A program made the translations under genes and the position numbers. Shown one piece after another: positions 50,801 to 64,000 of a DNA stretch of 64,000 bases. Source of the DNA: Balanoglossus misakiensis (lineage: Eukaryota; Animalia; Hemichordata); NCBI GenBank assembly GCA_040954595.2, contig CM082586.2, positions 10,509,337 to 10,573,336 of the forward strand, written 5' to 3'. The notes under the pieces are model-generated. The model saw nothing but the letters and a program-made list of their open reading frames with translations. It made no database searches and was not told the origin of the DNA. Position 1 is the stretch's first letter. Every line of letters starts with the position of its first letter.

Positions 50801-53800
50801 TATGCGCATAGGCCTATCTATGTGTTATGCGCATCACAACAGAAATCGGTAAATAAACGAGGCTGTATTTGGAAGCAACCATGGACATTGTACAACTATC
50901 CGTCGATCTACAGAGTCTAGTGGAAAACGTTCTTATGCGCATAGGCCTATCTATGTGTTATGCGCATCACAACAGAAATCGGTAAATAAACGAGGCTGTA
51001 TTTGGAAGCAACCATGAAATTTTACAACTATCCGTCGATCTACAGAGTCTGGTGGAAAACTTCCTTATGCGCATATACCTATTACGTGTTCTGCGCCTCA
51101 CAACAGAATTCGGTAAATAAACGAGGCTGTTTGGAAGCAACCATGGACATTGTACAACTATCCGTCGATCTACAAAGTCTAGTGGAAAACGTTCTTATGC
51201 GCATAGGCCTATCTATGTGTTATGCGCATCACAACAGAAATCGCTAAATAAACGAGGCTGTATTTGGAAGCAACCATGAAATTTTACAACTATCCGTCGA
51301 TCTACAGAGTCTAGTGGAAAAATGTTTCATGCGCATAGGCCTATCATGTGTTCTGCGCCTCACAACAGAAATCGGTAAATAAACGAGGCTGTTTGGAAGC
51401 AACCATGGAAATTTTACAGCTATCCGTCGATCTACATAGTCTAGTGGAAACGTTCTTATGCGCATAGGCCTATATATGTGTTCTGCGCATCACAACAGAA
51501 TTTTGTAAACAAACGAGGCTGTGTTTGGTAGCAACCATGGACATTTTAGAACTATCTCTCGATCTACAGAGTCTATAGTGGAAAACTTTCTTATGCACAT
51601 ATGCCTATCTATGTGTTCTGCGCCTCACAACAGAATTCGGTAAATAAACGAGGCTGTTTGGAAATTTTACAACTATCCGTCGATCTACAGAGTCTAGTGG
51701 AAAACGTTATTATGCGCATAGGCCTATATATGTGTTCTGCGCATCACAACAGAATTTTGTAAACAAACGAGGCTGTGTTTGGAAGCAACCATGGACATTT
51801 TAGAACTATCTCTCGATCTACAGAGTCTATAGTGGAAAACTTTCTTATGCACATATGCCTATCTATGTGTTCTGCGCCTCACAACAGAATTCGGTAAATA
51901 AACGAGGCTGTTTGGAAGCAACCATGGAAATTTTACAACTATCCGTCGATCTACAGAGTCTAGTGGAAAACGTTATTATGCGCATAGGCCTATATATGTG
52001 TTCTGCGCATCACAACAGAAATCGGTAAATAAACGAGGCTGTATTTGGAAGCAACCATGGACATTGTACAACTATCCGTCGATCTACAGAGTCTAGTGGA
52101 AAAATGTCTTATGCGCATAGGCCTATCATGTGTTCTGTGCCTCACAACAGAAATCGGTAAATAAACGAGGCTGTTTGGAAGCAACCATGGAAATTGTACA
52201 ACTATCCGTCGATCTACAGAGTCTAGTGGAAAACGTTCTTATGCGCATAGGCCTATCTATGTGTTATGCGCATCACAACAGAAATCGGTAAATAAACGAG
52301 GCTGTATTTGGAAGCAACCATGGACATTGTACAACTATCCGTCGATCTACAGAGTCTAGTGGAAAACGTTCTTATGCGCATAGGCCTATCTATGTGTTAT
52401 GCGCATCACAACAGAAATCGGTAAATAAACGAGGCTGTATTTGGAAGCAACCATGAAATTTTACAACTATCCGTCGATCTACAGAGTCTGGTGGAAAACT
52501 TCCTTATGCGCATATACCTATTACGTGTTCTGCGCCTCACAACAGAATTCGGTAAATAAACGAGGCTGTTTGGAAGCAACCATGGACATTGTACAACTAT
52601 CCGTCGATCTACAAAGTCTAGTGGAAAACGTTCTTATGCGCATAGGCCTATCTATGTGTTATGCGCATCACAACAGAAATCGCTAAATAAACGAGGCTGT
52701 ATTTGGAAGCAACCATGAAATTTTACAACTATCCGTCGATCTACAGAGTCTAGTGGAAAAATGTTTCATGCGCATAGGCCTATCATGTGTTCTGCGCCTC
52801 ACAACAGAAATCGGTAAATAAACGAGGCTGTTTGGAAGCAACCATGGAAATTTTACAGCTATCCGTCGATCTACATAGTCTAGTGGAAACGTTCTTATGC
52901 GCATAGGCCTATATATGTGTTCTGCGCATCACAACAGAATTTTGTAAACAAACGAGGCTGTGTTTGGTAGCAACCATGGACATTTTAGAACTATCTCTCG
53001 ATCTACAGAGTCTATAGTGGAAAACTTTCTTATGCACATATGCCTATCTATGTGTTCTGCGCCTCACAACAGAATTCGGTAAATAAACGAGGCTGTTTGG
53101 AAATTTTACAACTATCCGTCGATCTACAGAGTCTAGTGGAAAACGTTATTATGCGCATAGGCCTATATATGTGTTCTGCGCATCACAACAGAATTTTGTA
53201 AACAAACGAGGCTGTGTTTGGAAGCAACCATGGACATTTTAGAACTATCTCTCGATCTACAGAGTCTATAGTGGAAAACTTTCTTATGCACATATGCCTA
53301 TCTATGTGTTCTGCGCCTCACAACAGAATTCGGTAAATAAACGAGGCTGTTTGGAAGCAACCATGGAAATTTTACAACTATCCGTCGATCTACAGAGTCT
53401 AGTGGAAAACGTTATTATGCGCATAGGCCTATATATGTGTTCTGCGCATCACAACAGAATTTTGTAAACAAACGAGGCTGTGTTTGGAAGCAACCATGGA
53501 AATTTTAGAACTATCTCTCGATCTACAGAGTCTAGTGGAAAACTTTATTATGCACATATGCCTATCTATGTGTTCTGCGCATCACAACAGAAATCGGTAA
53601 ATAAACGAGGCTGTTTGGAAGCAACCATGGAAATATTACAGCTATCCGTCGATCTACAGAGTCTAGTGGAAACGTTCTTATGCGCATAGGCCTATATATG
53701 TGTTCTGCGCCTCACAACAGAATTTTGTAAACAAACGAGGCTGTGTTTGGTAGCAACCATGGACATTTTAGAACTATCTCTCGATCTACAGAGTCTATAG

Positions 53801-56800
53801 TGGAAAACTTTCTTATGCACATATGCCTATCTATGTGTTCTGCGCCTCACAACAGAATTCGGTAAATAAACGAGGCTGTTTGGAAGCAACCATGGAAATT
53901 TTACAACTATCCGTCGATCTACAGAGTCTAGTGGAAAACGTTATTATGCGCATAGGCCTATATATGTGTTCTGCGCATCACAACAGAATTTTGTAAACAA
54001 ACGAGGCTTTGTTTGGAAGCAACAATGGAAATTTTAGAACTATCTCTCGATCTACTGAGTATAGTGGAAAACGTTCATATGCGCATAGGCCTATCATGTG
54101 TTATGCACATCACAACATAATTTTGTAAACAAACGAGGCTTTGTTTGGAAGCAACCGTGGAAATTTTAGAACTATCTCTCGATCTACAGAGTATAGTGGA
54201 AAACGTTCATATGCGCATAGGCCTATCATGTGTTATGCACATCACAACATAATTTTGTAAACAAACGAGGCTTTGTTTGGAAGCAACCGTGGAAATTTTA
54301 GAACTATCTCTCGATCTACAGAGTATAGTGGAAAACGTTCATATGCGCATATGCTATCATGTGTTATGCACATCACAACATAATTTTGTAAACAAACGAG
54401 GCTTTGTTTGGAAGCAACATTTGAAATTTTAGAACTATCTGTCGATCTACGGAGTATAGTGGAAAACGTTCATATGCGCATAGGCCTATATATGTGTTCT
54501 GCGCATCACAACAGAATTTTGTAAATGAACGAGGCTGTGTTTGGAAACAACCATGGAAATTTTAGAACTATCTCTCGATCTAAAGTTGAAAAGTTTCTTA
54601 TGCGCATAGGCCTATTACGTGTTCTGCGCCTCACAACAGAATTCGGTAAATAAACGAGGCTGTTTGGAAGCAACAATGGAAATTTTAGAACTATCCGTCG
54701 ATCTACGGAGTATAGTGGAAAACGTTCATATGCGCATAGGCCTATATATGTGTTCTGCGCATCACAACAGAATTTTGTAAACAATCGAGGATGTGTTTGG
54801 AAGCAATCATGGAAATTTTAGAACTATCCGTCGATCTACAGAGTCTAGTGGGAAACTTTCTTATGCGCATAGGCATATGTATGTGTTCAGCGCATCACAA
54901 CAGAATTTTGTAAATGAACGAGGCTGTGTTTGGAAACAACCATGGAAATTTTAGAACTATCTCTCGATCTACAGAGTCTAGTGGAAAACTTTATTATGCA
55001 CATAGGCCTATCTATGTATTATGCGCATCACAACAGAAATCGGTAAATAAACGAGGCTGTATTTGGAAGCAACCATGTAAATTTTACAACTATCCGTCGA
55101 TCTACAGAGTCTGGTGGAAAACTTTCTTATGCGCATAGGCCTATTACGTGTTCTGCGCCTCACAACAGAAATCGGTAAATAAACGAGGCTGTTTGGAAGC
55201 AACCATGTAAATTTTAGAACTATCCGTCGATCTACAGAGTCTAGTGGAAAAACGTTCATGTGCGCATAGGCCTATCATGTGTTATGCACATCACAACAGA
55301 ATTTTGTAAACAAACGAGGCTTTGTTTGGAAGCAACAATGGAAATTTTAGAACTATCTGTCGATCTACGGAGTATAGTGGAAAACATTCATATGCGCATA
55401 GGCCTATATATGTGTTCTGCGCATCACAACAGAATTTTGTAAACAATCGAGGATGTGTTTGGAAGCAATCATGGAAATTTTAGAACTATCCGTCGATCTA
55501 CAGAGTCTGGTGGAAAACTTTCTTATGCGCATAGGCCTATTACGTGCTCTGCGCCTCACAACAGAATTCGGTAAATAAACGAGGCTGTTTGGAAGCAACC
55601 ATGGAACTTTTAGAACTATCCGTCGATCTACAGAGTCTAGTGGAAAAATGTCTTATGCGCATAGGCCTATCATGTGTTCTGTGCCTCACAACAGAAATCG
55701 GTAAATAAACGAGGCTGTTTGGAAGCAACCATGGAAATTGTACAACTATCCGTCGATCTACAGAGTCTAGTGGAAAACGTTCTTATGCGCATAGGCCTAT
55801 CTATGTGTTATGCGCATCACAACAGAAATCGGTAAATAAACGAGGCTGTATTTGGAAGCAACCATGAAATTTTACAACTATCCGTCGATCTACAGAGTCT
55901 GGTGGAAAACTTCCTTATGCGCATAGACCTATTACGTGTTCTGCGCCTCACAACAGAATTCGGTAAATAAACGAGGCTGTTTGGAAGCAACCATGGACAT
56001 TGTTCAACTATCCGTCGATCTACAAAGTCTAGTGGAAAACGTTCTTATGCGCATAGGCCTATCTATGTGTTATGCGCATCACAACAGAAATCGCTAAATA
56101 AACGAGGCTGTATTTGGAAGCAACCATGAAATTTTACAACTATCCGTCGATCTACAGAGTCTAGTGGAAAAATGTCTCATGCGCATAGGCCTATCATGTG
56201 TTCTGCGCCTCACAACAGAATTCGGTAAATAAACGAGGCTGTTTGGAAGCAACCATGGAAATTTTACAACTATCCGTCGATCTACAGAGTCTAGTGGAAA
56301 ACGTTATTATGCGCATAGGCCTATATATGTGTTCTGCGCATCACAACAGAATTTTGTAAACAAACGAGGCTGTGTTTGGAAGCAACCATGGACATTTTAG
56401 AACTAACTCTCGATCTACAGAGTCTATAGTGGAAAACTTTCTTATGCACATATGCCTATCTATGTGTTCTGCGCCTCACAACAGAATTCGGTAAATAAAC
56501 GAGGCTGTTTGGAAGCAACCATGGAAATTTTACAACTATCCGTCGATCTACAGAGTCTAGTGGAAAACGTTATTATGCGCATAGGCCTATATATGTGTTC
56601 TGCGCATCACAACAGAATTTTGTAAACAAACGAGGCTGTGTTTGGAAGCAACCATGGAAATTTTAGAACTATCTCTCGATCTACAGAGTCTAGTGGAAAA
56701 CTTTATTATGCACATATGCCTATCTATGTGTTCTGCGCATCACAACAGAAATCGGTAAATAAACGAGGCTGTTTGGAAGCAACCATGGAAATTTTACAAC

Positions 56801-59800
56801 TATCCGTCGATCTACAGAGTCTGGTGGAAAACTTTCTTATGCGCATAGGCCTATTACGTGCTCTGCGCCTCACAACAGAATTCGGTAAATAAACGAGGCT
56901 GTTTGGAAGCAACCATGGAAATTTTAGAACTATCCGTCGATCTACAGAGTCTAGTGGAAAAATGTCTTATGCGCATAGGCCTATCATGTGTTCTGTGCCT
57001 CACAACAGAAATCGGTAAATAAACGAGGCTGTTTGGAAGCAACCATGGAAATTGTACAACTATCCGTCGATCTACAGAGTCTGGTGGAAAACTTCCTTAT
57101 GCGCATAGGCCTATCTATGTGTTATGCGCATCACAACAGAAATCGGTAAATAAACGAGGCTGTATTTGGAAGCAACCATGAAATTTTACAACTATCCGTC
57201 AATCTACAGAGTCTGGTGGAAAACTTTCTTATGCGCATAGACCTATTACGTGTTCTGCGCCTCACAACAGAATTCGGTAAATAAACGAGGCTGTTTGGAA
57301 GCAACCATGGACATTGTACAACTATCCGTCGATCTACAAAGTCTAGTGGAAAACGTTCTTATGCGCATAGGCCTATCTATGTGTTATGCGCATCACAACA
57401 GAAATCGCTAAATAAACGAGGCTGTATTTGGAAGCAACCATGAAATTTTACAACTATCCGTCGATCTACAGAGTCTAGTGGAAAAATGTCTCATGCGCAT
57501 AGGCCTATCATGTGTTCTGCGCCTCACAACAGAAATCGGTAAATAAACGAGGCTGTTTGGAAGCAACCATGGAAATTTTACAGCTATCTGTCGATCTACA
57601 GAGTCTAGTGGAAACGTTCTTATGCGCATAGGCCTATATATGTGTTCTGCGCATCACAACAGAATTTTGTAAACAAACGAGGCTGTGTTTGGTAGCAACC
57701 ATGGACATTTTAGAACTATCTCTCGATCTACAGAGTCTATAGTGGAAAACTTTCTTATGCACATATGCCTATCTATGTGTTCTGCGCCTCACAACAGAAT
57801 TCGGTAAATAAACGAGGCTGTGTTTGGAAACAACCATGGAAATTTTAGAACTATCTCTCGATCTACAGAGTCTAGTGGAAAACTTTATTATGCACATAGG
57901 CCTATCTATGTATTATGCGCATCACAACAGAAATCGGTAAATAAACGAGGCTGTATTTGGAAGCAACCATGTAAATTTTACAACTATCCGTCGATCTACA
58001 GAGTCTGGTGGAAAACTTTCTTATGCGCATAGGCCTATTACGTGTTCTGCGCCTCACAACAGAAATCGGTAAATAAACGAGGCTGTTTGGAAGCAACCAT
58101 GTAAATTTTAGAACTATCCGTCGATCTACAGAGTCTAGTGGAAAAACGTTCATGTGCGCATAGGCCTATCATGTGTTATGCACATCACAACAGAATTTTG
58201 TAAACAAACGAGGCTTTGTTTGGAAGCAACAATGGAAATTTTAGAACTATCTGTCGATCTACGGAGTATAGTGGAAAACATTCATATGCGCATAGGCCTA
58301 TATATGTGTTCTGCGCATCACAACAGAATTTTGTAAACAATCGAGGATGTGTTTGGAAGCAATCATGGAAATTTTAGAACTATCCGTCGATCTACAGAGT
58401 CTAGTGGGAAACTTTCTTATGCGCATAGGCATATGTATGTGTTCTGCGCATCACAACAGAAATCGGTAAATAAACGAGGCTGTTTGGAAGCAACCATGGA
58501 AATTTTACAACTATCCGTCGATCTACAGAGTCTGGTGGAAAACTTTCTTATGCGCATAGGCCTATTACGTGCTCTGCGCCTCACAACAGAATTCGGTAAA
58601 TAAACGAGGCTGTTTGGAAGCAACCATGGAACTTTTAGAACTATCCGTCGATCTACAGAGTCTAGTGGAAAAATGTCTTATGCGCATAGGCCTATCATGT
58701 GTTCTGTGCCTCACAACAGAAATCGGTAAATAAACGAGGCTGTTTGGAAGCAACCATGGAAATTGTACAACTATCCGTCGATCTACAGAGTCTAGTGGAA
58801 AACGTTCTTATGCGCATAGGCCTATCTATGTGTTATGCGCATCACAACAGAAATCGGTAAATAAACGAGGCTGTATTTGGAAGCAACCATGAAATTTTAC
58901 AACTATCCGTCGATCTACAGAGTCTGGTGGAAAACTTCCTTATGCGCATAGACCTATTACGTGTTCTGCGCCTCACAACAGAATTCGGTAAATAAACGAG
59001 GCTGTTTGGAAGCAACCATGGACATTGTACAACTATCCGTCGATCTACAAAGTCTAGTGGAAAACGTTCTTATGCGCATAGGCCTATCTATGTGTTATGC
59101 GCATCACAACAGAAATCGCTAAATAAACGAGGCTGTATTTGGAAGCAACCATGAAATTTTACAACTATCCGTCGATCTACAGAGTCTAGTGGAAAAATGT
59201 CTCATGCGCATAGGCCTATCATGTGTTCTGCGCCTCACAACAGAATTCGGTAAATAAACGAGGCTGTTTGGAAGCAACCATGGAAATTTTACAACTATCC
59301 GTCGATCTACAGAGTCTAGTGGAAAACGTTATTATGCGCATAGGCCTATATATGTGTTCTGCGCATCACAACAGAATTTTGTAAACAAACGAGGCTGTGT
59401 TTGGAAGCAACCATGGACATTTTAGAACTAACTCTCGATCTACAGAGTCTATAGTGGAAAACTTTCTTATGCACATATGCCTATCTATGTGTTCTGCGCC
59501 TCACAACAGAATTCGGTGAATAAACGAGGCTGTTTGGAAGCAACCATGGAAATTTTACAACTATCCGTCGATCTACAGAGTCTAGTGGAAAACGTTATTA
59601 TGCGCATAGGCCTATATATGTGTTCTGCGCATCACAACAGAATTTTGTAAACAAACGAGGCTGTGTTTGGAAGCAACCATGGAAATTTTAGAACTATCTC
59701 TCGATCTACAGAGTCTAGTGGAAAACTTTATTATGCACATATGCCTATCTATGTGTTCTGCGCATCACAACAGAAATCGGTAAATAAACGAGGCTGTTTG

Positions 59801-62800
59801 GAAGCAACCATGGAAATTTTACAACTATCCGTCGATCTACAGAGTCTGGTGGAAAACTTTCTTATGCGCATAGGCCTATTACGTGCTCTGCGCCTCACAA
59901 CAGAATTCGGTAAATAAACGAGGCTGTTTGGAAGCAACCATGGAAATTTTAGAACTATCCGTCGATCTACAGAGTCTAGTGGAAAAATGTCTTATGCGCA
60001 TAGGCCTATCATGTGTTCTGTGCCTCACAACAGAAATCGGTAAATAAACGAGGCTGTTTGGAAGCAACCATGGAAATTGTACAACTATCCGTCGATCTAC
60101 AGAGTCTGGTGGAAAACTTCCTTATGCGCATAGGCCTATCTATGTGTTATGCGCATCACAACAGAAATCGGTAAATAAACGAGGCTGTATTTGGAAGCAA
60201 CCATGAAATTTTACAACTATCCGTCGATCTACAGAGTCTGGTGGAAAACTTCCTTATGCGCATAGACCTATTACGTGTTCTGCGCCTCACAACAGAATTC
60301 GGTAAATAAACGAGGCTGTTTGGAAGCAACCATGGACATTGTACAACTATCCGTCGATCTACAAAGTCTAGTGGAAAACGTTCTTATGCGCATAGGCCTA
60401 TCTATGTGTTATGCGCATCACAACAGAAATCGCTAAATAAACGAGGCTGTATTTGGAAGCAACCATGAAATTTTACAACTATCCGTCGATCTACAGAGTC
60501 TAGTGGAAAAATGTCTCATGCGCAGAGGCCTATCATGTGTTCTGCGCCTCACAACAGAAATCGGTAAATAAACGAGGCTGTTTGGAAGCAACCATGGAAA
60601 TTTTACAGCTATCCGTCGATCTACAGAGTCTAGTGGAAACGTTCTTATGCGCATAGGCCTATATATGTGTTCTGCGCATCACAACAGAATTTTGTAAACA
60701 AACGAGGCTGTGTTTGGTAGCAACCATGGACATTTTAGAACTATCTCTCGATCTACAGAGTCTATAGTGGAAAACTTTCTTATGCACATATGCCTATCTA
60801 TGTGTTCTGCGCCTCACAACAGAATTCGGTAAATAAACGAGGCTGTTTGGAAGCAACCATGGAAATTTTACAACTATCCGTCGATCTACAGAGTCTAGTG
60901 GAAAACGTTATTATGCGCATAGGCCTATATATGTGTTCTGCGCATCACAACAGAATTTTGTAAACAAACGAGGCTGTGTTTGGAAGCAACCATGGACATT
61001 TTAGAACTATCTCTCGATCTACAGAGTCTATAGTGGAAAACTTTCTTATGCACATATGCCTATCTATGTGTTCTGCGCCTCACAACAGAATTCGGTAAAT
61101 AAACGAGGCTGTTTGGAAGCAACCATGGAAATTTTACAACTATCCGTCGATCTACAGAGTCTAGTGGAAAACGTTATTATGCGCATAGGCCTATCTATGT
61201 GTTATGCGCATCACAACAGAAATCGGTAAATAAACGAGGCTGTATTTGGAAGCAACCATGAAATTTTACAACTATCCGTCGATCTACAGAGTCTGGTGGA
61301 AAACTTCCTTATGCGCATAGACCTATTACGTGTTCTGCGCCTCACAACAGAATTCGGTAAATAAACGAGGCTGTTTGGAAGCAACCATGGACATTGTACA
61401 ACTATCCGTCGATCTACACAGTCTAGTGGAAAACGTTCTTATGCGCATAGGCCTATCTATGTGTTATGCGCATCACAACAGAAATCGCTAAATAAACGAG
61501 GCTGTATTTGGAAGCAACCATGAAATTTTACAACTATCCGTCGATCTACAGAGTCTAGTGGAAAAATGTCTCATGCGCATAGGCCTATCATGTGTTCTGC
61601 GCCTCACAACAGAAATCGGTAAATAAACGAGGCTGTTTGGAAGCAACCATGGAAATTTTACAGCTATCCGTCGATCTACAGAGTCTAGTGGAAACGTTCT
61701 TATGCGCATAGGCCTATATATGTGTTCTGCGCATCACAACAGAATTTTGTAAACAAACGAGGCTGTGTTTGGTAGCAACCATGGACATTTTAGAACTATC
61801 TCTCGATCTACAGAGTCTATAGTGGAAAACTTTCTTATGCACATATGCCTATCTATGTGTTCTGCGCCTCACAACAGAATTCGGTAAATAAACGAGGCTG
61901 TTTGGAAGCAACCATGGAAATTTTACAACTATCCGTCGATCTACAGAGTCTAGTGGAAAACGTTATTATGCGCATAGGCCTATATATGTGTTCTGCGCAT
62001 CACAACAGAATTTTGTAAACAAACGAGGCTGTGTTTGGAAGCAACCATGGACATTTTAGAACTATCTCTCGATCTACAGAGTCTATAGTGGAAAACTTTC
62101 TTATGCACATATGCCTATCTATGTGTTCTGCGCCTCACAACAGAATTCGGTAAATAAACGAGGCTGTTTGGAAGCAACCATGGAAATTTTACAACTATCC
62201 GTCGATCTACAGAGTCTAGTGGAAAACGTTATTATGCGCATAGGCCTATATATGTGTTCTGCGCATCACAACAGAATTTTGTAAACAAACGAGGCTGTGT
62301 TTGGAAGCAACCATGGAAATTTTAGAACTATCTCTCGATCTACAGAGTCTAGTGGAAAACTTTATTATGCACATATGCCTATCTATGTGTTCTGCGCATC
62401 ACAACAGAAATCGGTAAATAAACGAGGCTGTTTGGAAGCAACCATGGAAATTTTACAGCTATCCGTCGATCTACAGAGTCTAGTGGAAACGTTCTTATGC
62501 GCATAGGCCTATATATGTGTTCTGCGCATCACAACAGAATTTTGTAAACAAACGAGGCTGTGTTTGGTAGCAACCATGGACATTTTAGAACTATCTCTCG
62601 ATCTACAGAGTCTATAGTGGAAAACTTTCTTATGCACATATGCCTATCTATGTGTTCTGCGCCTCACAACAGAATTCGGTAAATAAACGAGGCTGTTTGG
62701 AAGCAACCATGGAAATTTTACAACTATCCGTCGATCTACAGAGTCTAGTGGAAAACGTTATTATGCGCATAGGCCTATATATGTGTTCTGCGCATCACAA

Positions 62801-64000
62801 CAGAATTTTGTAAACAAACGAGGCTGTGTTTGGAAGCAACCATGGAAATTTTAGAACTATCTCTCCATCTACAGAGTCTAGTGGAAAACTTTATTATGCA
62901 CATATGCCTATCTATGTGTTCTGCGCATCACAACAGAAATCGGTAAATAAACGAGGCTGTTTGGAAGCAACCATGGAAATTTTACAACTATCCGTCGATC
63001 TACAGAGTCTGGTGGAAAACTTTCTTATGCGCATAGGCCTATTACGTGCTCTGCGCCTCACAACAGAATTCGGTAAATAAACGAGGCTGTTTGGAAGCAA
63101 TCATGGAAATTTTAGAACTATCCGTCGATCTACAGAGTCTAGTGGGAAACTTTCTTATGCGCATAGGCATATGTATGTGTTCAGCGCATCACAACAGAAT
63201 TTTATAAATGAACGAGGCTGTGTTTGGAAACAACCATGGAAATTTTACAACTATCCGTCGATCTACGGAGTCTGGTGGAAAACTTTCTTATGCGCATAGG
63301 CCTATCATGTGTTCTGCGCCTCACAACAGAAATCGGTAAATAAACGAGGCTGTTTGGAAGCAACCATGGAAATTGTACAACTATCCGTCGATCTACATAG
63401 TCTAGTGGAAAACGTTCTTATGCGCATAGGCCTATCTATGTGTTATGCGCATCACAACAGAAATCGGTAAATAAACGAGGCTGTATTTGGAAGCAATCAT
63501 GAAATTTTACAACTATCCGTCGATCTACAGAGTCTGGTGGAAAACTTCCTTATGCGCATAGACCTATTACGTGTTCTGCGCCTCACAACAGAATTCGGTA
63601 AATAAACGATGCTGTTTGGAAGCAACCATGGAAATTGTACAACTATCCGTCGATCTACAGAGTCTAGTGGAAAACGTTCTTATGCGCATAGGCCTATCTA
63701 TGTGTTATGCGCATCACAACAGAAATCGGTAAATAAACGAGGCTGTGTTTGGAAGCAACCATGGACATTTTAGAACTATCTCTCGATCTACAGAGTCTAT
63801 AGTGGAAAACTTTCTTATGCACATATGCCTATCTATGTGTTCTGCGCCTCACAACAGAAATCGGTAAATAAACGAGGCTGTTTAAAAGCAACCATGGAAA
63901 TTTTACAGCTATCCGTCGATCTACAGAGTCTAGTGGAAACGTTCTTATGCGCATAGGCCTATATATGTGTTCTGCGCATCACAACAGAATTTTGTGAACA
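47864..64000. repeat. 130-135-bp satellite array, right arm (about 122 monomers), runs off the right edge
   Basis: Same monomer family; resumes in register after the TSD (AAAT-TTTAGAACT). Confidence 0.98.

Noticed and set aside
17308-63100. Dozens of MFGSNHGNF.../MRIGLS.../MLPNSL... ORFs
   Set aside because: Translations of 130-133-bp satellite monomers that change frame at each unit; no protein-like features.
1-64000. CRISPR-like arrays
   Set aside because: Repeats are contiguous tandem monomers with no unique spacers, there are no cas genes, and the context is eukaryotic.

Overview
Repeat-dense eukaryotic (probably invertebrate animal) heterochromatin-like window with no recognisable host gene. 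(1) 1-5372: 78-bp A/T-tract satellite. (2) 5373-17389: about 12 kb of decayed transposon sequence: foldback/MITE-like elements, Helentron/HINE-like and tentative Academ-like ends, a Gypsy integrase remnant, a degenerate Ngaro-type tyrosine-recombinase retrotransposon, and a 5'-truncated L1/Tx1 LINE with poly(A) and TSD. (3) 17390-64000: 130-133-bp satellite with shifting higher-order repeats, interrupted at 39806-47863 by an intact, very young Ty3/Gypsy LTR retrotransposon. That element has 642-bp LTRs with one mismatch seen, an AAAT TSD, a tRNA-Ser PBS, an RRM+PNMA-like Gag and a -1 frameshifted Pol. The most unusual signal is inside the LTR. The predicted first exon (65 bp, from the Inr to a GT donor) is duplicated exactly at the far end of a 255-nt GT-AG intron and itself ends in a branch point, pyrimidine tract and CAG acceptor. 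The spliced 5' end would therefore match the unspliced 3' end, which would let the intron be regenerated during reverse transcription. This model is inferred from sequence only. Nearly all short ORFs in the track are satellite translation artefacts.
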